The position numbers and the translations under genes are program-made. A DNA stretch of 63,478 bases, the filler included, from Octopus bimaculoides (Eukaryota): the NCBI RefSeq assembly GCF_001194135.2. It is 2 parts of 2 records of this genome, joined end to end, with 100 filler letters (N's around TTAATTAATTAA, not from the genome) between each part and the next. Parts side by side here need not be neighbours in the genome. Positions count along the whole stretch, not along the records: positions 31,628 to 63,478 come from NC_068982.1; 1 more part is not named here. One strand, given 5' to 3'. A model generated the notes under the pieces. It was not told the origin of the DNA. It did not search any database and worked only from the letters and a program-made list of their open reading frames with translations. How positions within the stretch are numbered: position 1 is the first letter of the stretch; each line of letters opens with the position of its first letter. Below are positions 46,205-60,005 of this stretch, piece after piece.

Positions 46205-49200
46205 AATATAGTAATAACTGTGAAACTATAGTAGTGAACAAGTAAATAATAAGATAGTGATTATAGTAGTAACAGTGAAATTATAATAGTGAACAAGTAA
46301 ATAATTACGCAGAATGATTAACAAGTGGTATTGAGAAACCGTCGAGTCGTCGGCGACTAAACCGGCAATCCCACTAAGCTTGCTTGGTGAGGAGGGTGGA
46401 TTTTCGACACCTTGCAGGATTAAAAACAAAACCCGGCAAAGGTTAGAGGAACTCAGAAGAGTCAATAGCCATTCCGAAAACAGGTAGACAGAACTCGTGA
46501 GCCCTGGTTGGCAGTCTGTCTAGGAGAAGGAGCATTCTGATTTAAAACTGGGGTAGATAGGACTCCTTAGTCACAGTGGTGTCTAACGGCGCCATGCCTG
46601 GAATGAAGGCGAATGAAACGCTAATCGGGACTTAACTTCGGAGTAATATTTAGATGAAGATACAAGACCAACTGACGCTCACCTGTCTCTTAGTGAGAAT
46701 CAGAATGGTCCCTTACACACAGAAATGCGAAGGGAACAAACCCCACTTATGGGTTCTAAGAACTCTGCAGTCTTGGTTGACAATCTTACTAGAGATGGTG
46801 GCTCGATAAAAATACCGGTTGGTGTCTAACCTTAAAAAATATGCCTCAATATGGAGGGGAAAATGCCTAATACAAATGCATCAAATAATAGCGTTAATGA
46901 GGCTGGAACCAAAGATGAAAGCCTTTCGCCCGGCAGGTGCCCTGTGGTTGAGCAGCGCAGGCCCGGTTGTCATCCAGAGACTGCTTGTACACAAAGTCAG
47001 AGGTAGAGAAGAAGGTGGGCTAAGGAGGCAAAACGAACGGTAATTTAATGCTGGATCAGGAATGAACCCACCAGAAGGGGATTCTGACAAGGAATGAAAA
47101 CAAAATGGAATGGGATAGGACTCTTCGAAACAAGTGAGCAACGATTAGCCGGCTAGGCAAGAGCAATAAGAACGAAAGGGTGGTTAAGAGACATGGAAAT
47201 AGAAGAGACAAAAAGTAAAGTAGAAGATAGAAATAATACTTCACCAACAGATAACGTGCCCAGTGACAACAGAAAAATGAAAGGCGGCAATGAAGACGTA
47301 GAGCAAAGTGTAAATGTAAGATGCATTCTCAGCAAATGAAGCAGAAGTGATAAGAAGAGCTATATCACAAGAATACGATGATAACCAACAAGACATAGTG
47401 AAGACGCAGTGCCGATATAATAGAGAAGACCAGGATCATGCATCCCCCACAGGAAAGGAACAGTAATAGCTTGCTCAATGAGCGACATATAAATGGTCTG
47501 GAAGAAGACAATAAAACTAATGGTGTCATGACAGATGGTCAAAAGGCAATCTACGACAGATAGCGACATTATTTGCAACCCTAAAAAGGTCGATCAGTTG
47601 GAATTGAACCAAGAAACGAAAAATGCGAATGAAATTCTGAAATACATCAGAAGAAACAACATCACAGAAACAAATAATTTGATCAAGCAAGTATTGTTGT
47701 AGCAGAAAATATGGGTGTTGATGTCAAGAAAAAGAAATATAATGGGAATGACAAAAGAAAAGATCCATGGTAGAAAAGAATAATATTGGTAGGGTTAGGT
47801 ATGCTCTTGAAGGACATTTCTGTGTTAGACAAAAAAGACAAAGGGGATCTTTAAAGCGAACAAAAATACTGGGCACTGAAAAGGAAGTATGATTTTGAGA
47901 GAAAAAGCCTGAAATTGGTAATGGAGGAACTGAAACAGTGCCTCGTTGCAAAGAAAGCAAAGACGGTAAGATACAACCAAAGAACGAAGGGATACCAGCA
48001 GAATAGGTTATTCAGAGTAGATCAGAAGTGATTCTTCGAAGAAATAAATGGAGAGTGTACAGATGAAAAGTTGATAACAGATAACATTGAAAGTCAAATG
48101 TTTTGGAGTGACATCTGCAACAAAGACAAGGAGTGCAACAAGGATGCTGAATGATTGCAAGAACTGAAACAAACTTTAGTTTGTCCACAACAGGCAGAAC
48201 TAGTCATTTCAGTTAGGTAAGTGAAGGATATCAGCAAAAAATGGGCAACTGGAAGGCCCTGGGACCAGATGGAGTTCAAGGTTACTGGAGAAAAAGACTT
48301 GATGAATGTCCTGCACAAATAGCTGCATAACTCTACACTTTGTTAAATGCCTGCCAAGTAACAAAAAAGTGGTTGACAATGGGTAGGACAGTGCTGTGCT
48401 TGAAAAACATATACAAATACAGTTATGTTAGGCAGTTACAGGCTGATATCCTGCTTGCCACTTATGTGGAAATTATTGACTGGAATAGTAGCAGAGTCAA
48501 TGTACGAACATCTGGAAAAAATGGAGTCCTGTCACATGAGTAGAAGGCGTGTAAGCGTAAGTGCAGAGTTTTCAAGAATCAATTCCTGTAGACAAAACTG
48601 TACTTAGAGACTGAAAGAGGAGGAAAAGTAACTTAGCCATGTCATGCATCGATTATCGTAAGGCATACGATATGATCCTACATTCTGCGATCATGGAATG
48701 TATGAACCTATTTGGTATTGCTACGAATGTTGAGCGATTGCTTGGAAAAGGTATGGCGAAGTGGAGGATGGAACTGACAGCATACGATAGAAGTGTAGCG
48801 ACAATAGAAATCAGGAGGGGCATCTTCCAAGAGGACTGCCTGTTCCCTCTGATCTTTGTACTGTGCATGATACTACTAACACTGATTCTGAGGAAAGCAA
48901 AGGCTGGGTATGTATTGAAGAGCCGCCAGCAAAATGTCAACCACTTGTTATTCATGGATGGTCTCAAACAGTATGGTAAAGATGAATCCCAACCAAATCA
49001 GTTCCCTCGTTGATAGGGTGTATTATGGACAGTAGACAAACTAAACTGCTTAGACAGGAAGACAAGGAAGTTGCTGACTAGATATGGGATACTCCACCTA
49101 AAAAGTGGATACTGACAGACTGTATGTACCTAGAAAAAAAGGGGGAAGAGGACTGATTGGATGCGAACGCAGCATTAGCAGAAGAAAACAACATGGCATG

Positions 49201-50150
49201 GTATGTAAAAGATGTCACAAAACCGCTATTAATTGAAGGAAGAAGGTCAGGCTTGTGTAGGATGAAAAACTGAACAGTACGAGGACTTGAGAAGGAATGA
49301 AACTGAAAATAGGTGGATAAAGAAAAGAATGCATGGACAATTTCATACGGATGGTGAAGGTAAGACAGACAGAGAAAAAAGGTGGCTAAGGATGACTAAA
49401 TGTGATTTAAAACCGGGAACGGAGGTTCTATTCTGTATTGCCCAAGAGCAAACATTAAAAACCAATTACATCAAATACAGAATAAACAATACATCCGAAA
49501 GCGGTAAGTGCAGAATTTGTGAACGAAATGGTGAAACTGTATGGCATATTACCAGTCAATGTACGCCACTAGCCCAGAAAGAATATAAGAGACGTCATGA
49601 AAACATAGCAAAGATTGTCCATTGGACCAAGCATAGTCTTGACAGAGCAAAAAGGTGGTAAGACCATAAACCCGAAGGCATCATCGAAAATGATAATGTA
49701 AAGACTCTTCGGGATTTTATGATTCAGTGCGACCAAGAGATAGAGAATAAGAAACCAGACATAGTATTAATTGAGAAAGAAAGCAAACGATGCTTGATCG
49801 TAGATATAGCATGCCCAACTGACAACAAGGTATGTGATTAGGAAGAAAGAAAAGTCGATAGATATGACAAGTTAACTTGGGAGGTTAAGTAGTTGTGGTC
49901 GATGAAAAGGTGGTAGTAGTACCAATAATTGTCGGAGCCCTAGGAACAGTGAGTAAAAGTCTTGAGAAGTACATGGAACAAATAGGGGCTGCAATAAGGG
50001 TGGAGCACTTGCAGAAAAGAGCACTGCTTGGAACCGCTCGAATACTCAGGATGGTGCTCGAAAACTAATGGATATTACCTTAGTTCACTGGTAGTGACCA
50101 GCTGACACCGTAATACATCTTCAGCGTGAGAAGTTGTGCAAAGACAATAA
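46205..50150 (+). mobile_element. Near full-length decayed R4/Dong-clade non-LTR retrotransposon (RT, CCHC knuckle, restriction-like endonuclease)
   Basis: RT: IDYRKAYDM, IRRGIFQEDCLFPLIF, NHLLFMDG (catalytic DD degraded). Knuckle: CRICERNGETVWHITSQC. RLE: KPDIVLIEKESKRCLIVDIACP...VVPIIVGALG...GTARILR. Many stops and frameshifts. Confidence 0.9.

Positions 50151-50152
<2 letters not shown>

Positions 50153-50204
<52 letters not shown>
50153..50204 (+). repeat. (TAA)n array, 3' flank or tail of the R4/Dong element
   Basis: Seen directly. Confidence 0.95.
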
Positions 50205-50205
<1 letters not shown>

Positions 50206-50274
50206 TGAAAGAAAAAATAAAGAAAGAGTACTATAGACGAGNNNNNNNNNNAATAATAATAATAATAATAATAC

Positions 50275-50342
<68 letters not shown>

Positions 50343-52255
50343 TATACTTAAAGTGAGATATCGTAGTTAAGTACACAAAGCGTTATCATGATAATTTTGC
50401 GTGAAGTTCTCTAATGCATCACGCGGGTACAACAGGAAACCATTTCAGAACACTTTCTTTTTGCAGACAATCTCTAAATGCTTTACCTACAGTCAGATCA
50501 ATGAAAGCTTCCAATAAAGTATTTGGTTGTGACTCGTTTTCTCACACGATGCATAAACATGAGAATCGTGTACAGTGAGCGGAAGTTTAAAGAAATATCA
50601 TTATATTTCGGTATTGAATGTATCAGTTGACATCCAAGAATTAGTACCGTTCAGTATACATATTTTTCCCTCCACGCTGAAAAATTCACAGCTCATTACA
50701 CAAATTTAAAGCTTTCTGCAAGGAGATTAACCAATGACGATTAGAGTGAACGCCAAAATGGCAATTACCCAAACGTGTGTTTGTTTGTAAGGAAGACATG
50801 TAAATTGTAAATGACACACACTTCAATCTGTTCTATAGTACAGTCCATTCCTCCAAACAATGGTCATGATGTTCATTTCACACATTCTTTATTCTATTCA
50901 ATTCTTTTTAAATCCTTGAATATATATTTAAATGGTATGCAATTCTGTTAAACAAATATGGCGTGCAAGCAGCAAAATAAGACGAGATCTTTGCTAGTTC
51001 TTTCAAGAATATATGCTCGAAGAAACACTACGGAATACGGATAAGAAATGATGTGAGCTTATACATATATTCATCAAAGTTATGAGGTGTGGAACTTTGC
51101 ATCATTTCAATAACAAAAATGAAGTCTGATCATCAACATTCATTTCTTTTCTATTTTGAACAAAATGATTCGGTCTTTATCTTCATTCTTGGAAGAGAAA
51201 GAGAAAGAATTGAAGTAGAGAATAGAACAGTATGTCCTAATGAAATAATGTTGACGCTTTTGCATTATTTCTACCGCAAAATTGTCCTATCTTCAGTGCA
51301 AATTTTGAGTTTTAGAAAATAAAAATAAATTACACTATTGTATTCGTCTCTGGATTTTATGTAAAACTAATACAATGTACTGATATATTTACCAACAATA
51401 TACAAAACTGTCTGAATATTTTAGTTGCAGCACTTAGTTGTCTGCCAAATTTATTTCACAGCAGGAAGGACTGAATTCTTTAGAAAATGGCTGAATAATT
51501 GAACAAAATTTTGCTTCTCTTGGTGCCAAATAGACAAGAATTTTACATATGGTCTATCATCCAATAGTTTTTGGCAAATATATATACGGGAACGAAGAGT
51601 TATAATTTTCATGTTGTTTTCTTCATGCCAATAAGAATTGGCATTAATGAAATTCACATGATGTATATATTGAGAGAAATTCAAAAGTCTAAAAACCTGA
51701 GAGGACTATAACTGACCTTCTCAATAAGTGGTATGATTATGTGTCACCATGAAGTCATTTTAGGAACTACAGGTTTGATTATCATAAATGTAAATACAAT
51801 TCACTCTTTTAAAAGAAAGCACTGGCAATAGAAGGCTGCGAGAGTAATGGCGTTTACTTAAGAGACCACTTATACGTAGTATATTAATATATCAGTAATC
51901 CTAAGCATAATTTAGCTTCAAACTAAGGCAAGACGTTCGGTTTCTGTAGACAGCCCTTTCTTGTAAAAAGCGCAAAATAGGTATACTTGCATATCTATCT
52001 ACCTGCTTATCTAATCTGTCGGTCTGTCTCTGTATAATCGTGTGTAAACAAGTTACGATTTATATATGTATATATATATAGTGCGTATGTGTGTGTGTGT
52101 GTGCGTATGTGTATGTGTTTGAGTGCGTGTGTATCAGTTTAGTCCAGAAATATAGTTTCGGTACAGTTTAGATGCGCGTTACCTTTGAATAGTGTTTTCT
52201 ACTATAGCGTCCATTCTACTCGCGAGAATATTTGGTGACCAGAAACTACAGCGAA

Positions 52256-52295
<40 letters not shown>

Positions 52296-52329
52296 GTTTA
52301 TGTATGTATGTATGTATGTATGTATGAAT

Positions 52330-52520
52330 GTATATGTATGTGTGTGCAAGTATCAGTGTTTCTTCTCTTGTTTATTTCTCACCGCTGTTATTTTGTTTGC
52401 ATCCCAGTATGTTTGCGAATCGGCAAAACGTGGTGGATAGAATAAGTTCCATTATTAACATTAATATCTGAAGTCGATTTACAACATTCCTTCAAGGCTG
52501 TGTCGCACTATAGCCAGTCT
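52330..52520 (+). mobile_element. SINE family C, 3' part (diverged)
   Basis: CTCACCGCT...GGATAGAATAAGT...GTCGATTT...CCTTCAAGG. Confidence 0.55.
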
Positions 52521-53277
52521 GACATGGTTGCAATATTAGAGAATGACGCCCCAGCTTTATTAACAGTGCAAAAGTCGACAACTGAATTTAGGAGGGGAAC
52601 GGAGAGTTTTGAAGGTGACCCAAAATCTGGACGTCTCGCATCTGTCAACACCGAGGAAAATATTGATAATGTTCATCAGATGCTGGTGGATGACATGCGA
52701 TTGACTATAAATCAAATACCCAATGCTATTAGAATATCCCATGAGAGAGATGATAACATTGTGCTTAATGAACTTTGCACGATGAAGGTTTCTGCTCGGT
52801 GGATGCCACGTCTTCTGTCACCTGATCAAAAACTACCAGGCTGATCAGGGGAAAATCTGACATTGTCGGAAGCAGATACACCTGGTTTCTTGAACGTCTC
52901 CTAACCCAGGATGAGTGTTGGCTTCACCTTGAGCCAGTATCTAAGAGACAATCGATGCAGTGGAAACGCCTCTCCTGAACTGGCTGATCGATGTCTTTAT
53001 TTTCCTTATTTGGCCCCAACTGACAATCATCTGTTCCCCAACATGAAAAACACCTGGGTGGGAATCAGTATTGCAATGATGATGACGTAATATATGCTAT
53101 TGATGGCTTTTTTGATTAACAAGATGAAAGCTTCTTCACTAATGGGTTCCAGGCACAGCAGCGCCATTGGAAAAACATCTGTGGACTGCAAAGGGGACTA
53201 TGTTGAAAAATAAACCTAATTTAACACATTCCATGAGAGTATTTTGGTCAGCCTATGAACTTTTCAGCAGACCCTCG
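52520..53277 (+). mobile_element. Decayed mariner (DD34D-type, irritans-like) transposon, 5'-truncated
   Basis: EFRRGTESFEGDPKSGR...MKVSARWMPRLL (WVPREL motif), QDECWLH, decayed SPDLAP, KGDYVEK*; right TIR ending ACCCTCG|TA. Confidence 0.85.
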
Positions 53278-55249
53278 TAACAATCACAGGAAAAGAATAA
53301 CCAGCCGAGATGTGTGAAACACATGCGATAACCATTCACTTATTTTTATAACTTTCACATTCACTCAAAAGTTCCCTATAATAGTCATCAAGTCTAAATA
53401 TGGAGGGATTGCCATTATTTTACTGTCGCCATTATATAATGGGCCTCATTTTTTAAATACGACTGTGTTCGGTTTTAGGGAAATATGGCTGCTATGTAGA
53501 AGTTTATCGAATACATAGGTGATCTCTCTTTGGTTCATCATTCTTCCTAGATAGAGTACAGTAGTACCGCATTGCCATATATCTATTTTACTTCATTGAT
53601 GTAATATTTATGAGAATTTCAATAACATGAAGCGTTTCGTTCAATCTACTTCAGAGCTTAAACGAATATTTTAATTTCAATAACATCATGAAAATGATTT
53701 GTACTATGTTGCCACATCAAACCAATACGTTGCAGGATTGAATTTGCTACCTAAATTCTAAAAGGTGTGCATGTATTTTGTATATAGACTGGCTACCTGT
53801 CTGTGCTACACAAATGCACAAGAACCACAAATGGAGAATAGCCTTAAACAACGACTTCTTATTATAGCCGAGGGACAAAATTCTTCAGAGAAAACACTGT
53901 AGTGTATAAAGTGAACTCTGTTGCATGGGAGTGATAATGTCTTTATACGCTGTAGACGAGAGAAACAATAAATAAAATTGCCTCAGGATTTGAACTTAAA
54001 ATGATGAAGACGAAATTAATAATTACCATGAATTTACTACGGCAAAAATTTTACTTAGACTATTGTCTATGTTTTAATACATAGATAGAAGAAGCAATAA
54101 GAGCTGCAACGATAACTATTAACAAGGAAAAAAATCAAATATGCTTCTCTTGTAAATCCTGAAATACTTCTTTAATGTAAAGCATCAACTTTGTACATAT
54201 TTATTAATTATTTGATTCCATCTCTCGGATGTTTATTCTGAAATTTGATACGTTATATCATAAGAAATGAACAGAAGACGTCATCTATAACACAGCCTAT
54301 CCTACTCGTTTTCCATTAGCGATTCCAGTTGATATTTGTGATGGAGAATCTGACCTCGTCAAAAGCATCTTATTTAAATTCATACATTTTGATATTTATA
54401 TTTTACATTCATTTTCTTTCTCTCTTTCCTACTTACAACGGGAAAAGGGAAATTAACACTCTGGGTTTGCAATATACAATATTCTAATTTTCACTACTTG
54501 TTAAAATTGCATGAATATATGAATATCTATTGGAAGATGAAAGATTACAAGAGAAAATTCATATTCACTACAGACAGCTTTGCATTTTATACACTAATGT
54601 CTACTTTCTAAATAGGAAAATCGCAATAACTTTCGCTTAATATGGAGAACATGGCTCAGCTGGAAGCTCCTGATTTACGGACATTTAATATGCTTGCGCA
54701 CTCAGTAGTGTGCACACATAATGATTAACTTTCAACACAATTAACAGCGATTGCGGGTGATCATAAGTGTCACCATATCACAATTCATACCATGTATCCA
54801 AAAGAAATTTAACAGACTAAACGTGAACACGTTATGACTATGGATTACATAAAGCATCAAAGCTTCATACTCGCACACTCCACTATTTAATAACCTACTT
54901 GCTATAAATTATAGGATATAGAGACAAGAGGCTTTGCGAGCAAACAGTATTGTTCAAGCAAAAGCTACATATTGATTTAAAGAAACACTTGTTGAGAGGT
55001 GTTCAAGAGCATGAACCTTATTTTCTTCACATCAGAAAGCTAACTGCATTTCATAGCCAATAAAGTCTTCAATATAGATACATTTGAAATTGAAGCTAAA
55101 AAGGCAAGTAGTTCAACACAAAATTATCCAAGCGTGATACATTTTGTATAATAATCTTTACAACACAATAAAGTCTGTTAAATTTTCCTTTAACAAGGAG
55201 TGAAGATATTTTAATATTTAGCCCACGTAATATGGAGGGTGCTGATAGG

Positions 55250-56060
55250 TTTTGAATGTTCTCTGATATAAATAAGTTTGACATTATTGCTGATCGGGTT
55301 AAATATCACCAGATGCTTTCCATGGAAAAGGTAGGTAGGAAGAATGTTCTAGAACCTTTTCTTTATTTATTTATTATCTGGAAGAGGGCGACCGCATGTG
55401 ATGCTTGCGAGTTGTTCAATATGATCGGTGTCAAATCTACCTTTAGAGGGCATCCAGGAGAGGAAAAAAAACTTGTGATGAAATATCTAGGTAAACGGTG
55501 ATTCTTCAGAAGAAGGTTTTAGTGGAATTTGGTATGTTATGGTATTAAGAGATAACAATAAGAGTTCGGAAGATAGTTTGCTAGTTTTGAAGATATGAGA
55601 CTGGGGTTGTGTCGTTAGAAAAACTGAAGAGAAAATGATGACCTATAACAAATTGTTTGCAGTGTAAGAAAACTTTTGCTGATCCGCTGAATGACCATGT
55701 TTTTGGGAAGATGTTAGAATATTTGCATTTATAGCATCAATGCCTGATAATCTATGTATAACTTTAATGTAGGCTCACATGTAGAGGAATTGTAGCTGAC
55801 AAATAATGGAGTATAATAGAAGTGAAATGCTTTTTTGTGGAGGTATTTTTGTCAGACTGCTTTATGTGATGCCATTATGAAGGATCACCGAATTACATCA
55901 CTTAGTAAGTCCATCGGCTTTGAGCATTTACGACATGTAATTTACGAGAGTAGCGATAGGATTATTCAAGAGCTTCTAGGCAGGTTGAGGAGAATAGGTT
56001 ATCATATTTTCGTTTATAAATGCTTTGTGATCACTGCTCGTGAAAACTGTTCAAATCTAA
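55250..56060 (-). mobile_element. Possible Penelope-like RT relic
   Basis: Weak, frameshifted resemblance (LNSFH...); not decisive. Confidence 0.25.
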
Positions 56061-56629
56061 TGTGATATGGAATTCTTTACGATATAGAATTGTGCGTGCT
56101 TCTCTTAGGTTAAGAGAAAAAGAATGTTAGAAAAATCTATGTAGGTTTGTGTAAATATTTGTACGAGTGTGTGTGTTGGTGGGTATCATTTGAAGCCTCT
56201 GTGGTATACCAGAGTTGACAGAATGTGAGGTGAAAAGTGCTCTACCGAACCATATATAGAGCTGTCAATCTAGCATTTTGTAAGGCTAGATCTAGCAATT
56301 TGAATCTAGCGTTTATCAAGAATAATAGCAGTTTGAAACATTCATTCAGAATTCTTTTCTAACGTTATTCTCTGCTCATGATATTTTCATAATAGTTACC
56401 TTTTCCCTTTTTCCTCGTTTTCTACTTGTTTTTCTTCCTTATTTTTCTTAGTATTTTACAACCAAATTTTAGAGCTATTGGTCTTTATTGAATGGTTTCT
56501 CTCACTTTCATGATACTCCAAATAAAATGCTATCGAGTACTTTACAATTATCACCTTTTCATTTCTGGCCGTGAGCAGAAAGGTGGGAGATAACTCATGT
56601 CCACACCTTTGCTCCCTACATAAAAAAAT

Positions 56630-57420
56630 ATTTGCCAGCTATGGGAACCGATAATGCCAGTGAAATGATATGAATCAACAATGATGTCTTCAAGAAGTTG
56701 AAACAGAGAATTCCATAATTATTTCTATTTGGATGTGCATGTCATTCATTACAGTTGGCACTATCCCACACTTGTGCTGAATGCCTGCCCAGAAACTTAG
56801 TACTTTTAGTATTCGAAACCTATAAAGGCTGCTGTCACTCTTCAACTTGACAATGATATCACAACCAGCTTTACTTTGCTATGAGTGATAAAGAGCTTTT
56901 GAAGAATGTGAATTCTTGTCCATCTAGAGGGCTGCCAATAGAACCAGCTATGAGTAGACTTTAAAGCCAATGGTTTGAATTACAAACTCCCAGACTACAA
57001 GTACAAAAGAGAGCATTTTTACAGCTCAAACACTCACACGAAATGTTTTCTGATTCTAGGAATTAACTTTTCTTTTTATTTTTGTATTCAATTCTAAAAC
57101 ATGTTCAGGAAATAAATAAACTGTTTGAATCAAACACTGTTGACAAATCAAAATTACTTGAAAATGTTTTGAAATTCATCAAATCTATTGGTGATATGAT
57201 AGTATTGCCAACATATACGATTAATCTTCTTGATCTCAATGCTGATATTGAAGACTTTTCGAATTCTAAATCAAATTAACGCTACAAGTTCATGTGAAAG
57301 ATAGCAGAAATGATAATCAAGAAGAGTGAAACAGCTACCAAAGAAAATAATATCCGTAGAAAAGTACAACAATTTTTACTCTGCCTTTATGAAGAGTCCA
57401 AGCAACGTTCGCTAGGAATA
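56630..57420 (+). pseudogene. hAT-superfamily transposase relic (ZNF862/KIAA1586-like type)
   Basis: GTDNASEM, CACHSLQLALSH..AECLPRNL, SQWFELQT, ILKHVQEINKLFESN; stops and frameshifts. Confidence 0.75.
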
Positions 57421-58641
57421 ATATACTGAGGTTAGAGTGTTTGGCTCATAATCATAGTATAGGGAGTTTAATTCCTGTATTGGACAGCGTGTGGTGTTCT
57501 TGGGCAAAACACTTCAATTTACGTGGTTCAGTTAAAAGTATGTACCAGTTGTGTCTCGGTACAGAATGAGGTATTCAGTGTCTGGTCGCCATTACATTAG
57601 CACCTGAAAAAAATAACGAAAACATGTAACCTGTTAGCAAGCCATACTCTTTTGCGGGTGATCGTTTCCTTTTTAGGTCATGAACTATGTAAGTTGAAGA
57701 TATCAACTTATTGCTCTCTTCAATGTCAGACATGAAGTAGAATTCAGTTCCAACCATATTAACATCACTTTTTATTAATAACCTTATATTTGAAAAATCT
57801 ATAAATTTCCAAGTCACAATCACTTGCAGAAAAGAATAAATACTGTAAACATTAATTTTGCAGCGATTTCGTTGTTTGTACCAGTTACTTGATCTTGCTG
57901 TGCATCATTTATATACAAGTACACATACCATATCTTAGAGAGATTCATCTTAGATATGGTAGAACTGAACAGGACTGGTAGTAAGCACCATCAATTCGTT
58001 ATATGTTGATTACTGTTTTAATGAATTCCACTTTATCTATGACTAACGGTGTATAAATATTTTATCACAATCTATCTCTTTGAATTTCGCGTAAATAAAT
58101 TTCGCTTTTAACATGAATTGAATTAGGTGAAAGTGTATATGCAGAAAATTGTAGTGTTTGTGACAATGGAAAAGTTTTTGATGATAATTCTAGTAGTTAA
58201 GAGTGTAATAATACAGGCAATAAAGATGATGATAGCGTTATGTTGATTGTAGGATTTAGCTATCGTAGAGGCAGATCTAGGATTTATACGCTATGCGTAT
58301 TAATATTGATAATAATAATGACAAATTGAAGTAAGAGAAGGTAGTCTGTGGTAATCAAAAGTGATTAAGATGATGCATGAAAATGTAGAAACACGGAAAA
58401 AAAAAGATAAGGCGGCTGAATTATATGTGACATGAAAAAATCATCCATGGAGAAAATCTACTCCGTAGCTGCAACAATCGTATTCGTAGGCATAACATTT
58501 GAACAAGTCAGAAGGCGATATGAAATATGCTGTATACATCTGTATATGTATGTAAACAAGGATGTATGCGCATCTGAATATGCACATTCGTAAACATTCA
58601 AACACACCAAACACATGTATGGTCACACATGCAAACTCATG

Positions 58642-58672
<31 letters not shown>

Positions 58673-59337
58673 ANNNNNNNNNNNNNNNNNNNNNNNNNNN
58701 NNNNNNNNNNNNNNNNNNNNNNNNNNNNNNNNNNNNNNNNNNNNNNNNNNNNNNNNNNNNNNNNNNNNNNNNNNNNNNNNNNNNNNNNNNNNNNNNNNNN
58801 NNNNNNNNNNNNNNNNNNNNNNNNNNNNNNNNNNNNNNNNNNNNNNNNNNNNNNNNNNNNNNNNNNNNNNNNNNNNNNNNNNNNNNNNNNNNNNNNNNNN
58901 NNNNNNNNNNNNNNNNNNNNNNNNNNNNNNNNNNNNNNNNNNNNNNNNNNNNNNNNNNNNNNNNNNNNNNNNNNNNNNNNNNNNNNNNNNNNNNNNNNNN
59001 NNNNNNNNNNNNNNNNNNNNNNNNNNNNNNNNNNNNNNNNNNNNNNNNNNNNNNNNNNNNNNNNNNNNNNNNNNNNNNNNNNNNNNNNNNNNNNNNNNNN
59101 NNNNNNNNNNNNNNNNNNNNNNNNNNNNNNNNNNNNNNNNNNNNNNNNNNNNNNNNNNNNNNNNNNNNNNNNNNNNNNNNNNNNNNNNNNNNNNNNNNNN
59201 NNNNNNNNNNNNNNNNNNNNNNNNNNNNNNNNNNNNNNNNNNNNNNNNNNNNNNNNNNNNNNNNNNNNNNNNNNNNNNNNNNNNNNNNNNNNNNNNNNNN
59301 NNNNNNNNNNNNNNNNNNNNNNNNNNNNNNNNNNNNN

Positions 59338-59393
<56 letters not shown>

Positions 59394-59461
59394 CACCTGT
59401 CCTCCACTGTTGTTGTTTTTTTCGTACATTCTCCTCTATATATATATAAGGATATAACAAT

Positions 59462-59645
59462 CCACAGACACGTGTACCTCTAACATAGTTCTCAGGGAGA
59501 CTCAGCGTGACACAGAGTGGGACAAGGTTGGCTCTATGAAATGCAGGTACTACTCATTTTTGCCAGCTGAGTGAACTGGAGCAACGTGAAATAAAGTGGT
59601 TTGCTCAAGGATACAACGCGTCGCCAGGAATTGAAATCCCGACCT
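59462..59645 (-). mobile_element. SINE family D
   Basis: GATTTCAATTCCTGGCGACGCGTTGTATCCTTGAGCAAACCACTTTATTTCACG. Confidence 0.7.
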
Positions 59646-59699
59646 TACAATCTACAGGCCAATTTCTCTGACTTCACATATCAGTAAAGTCATGAAGCG

Positions 59700-60005
59700 A
59701 ATCATCAGAAACGAGTAGCTAAAGTTCCTAGAAGAAAATGACTTACAGCATAGATTCCGTCCTGGAAGAAGCTGCCTCACAGAACTCCTACAGCACTATG
59801 ACTGGGTTTTGAAACAGCTTCTTGACCATACAGATGTCAGCTTGATATACCTTGACTTTGCAAAGCTATTCGATAATGAAGATCACGGTATGATATGTCA
59901 TAAGCTACGAGATCTTGGCATTGCTGGTAAACTGTGAGAGTGGCTGCATGCTTTCTTAAAGACAGAAGACAGGTAGTTGCAACCAATGGTACCCTTTCAA
60001 CAAAA
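59700..60005 (+). mobile_element. CR1/Jockey-group LINE RT fragment
   Basis: FRPGRSCLTELLQHYD...IYLDFAKLFD..DHGMICHKLRDLGIAGKL*EWLHAFL. Confidence 0.8.

Noticed and set aside
46057-50204. Dong element as the mobiliser of SINE family B
   Set aside because: Flank polarity is opposite (TAA versus ATT on the sense strand) and there is no convincing shared 3' tail.
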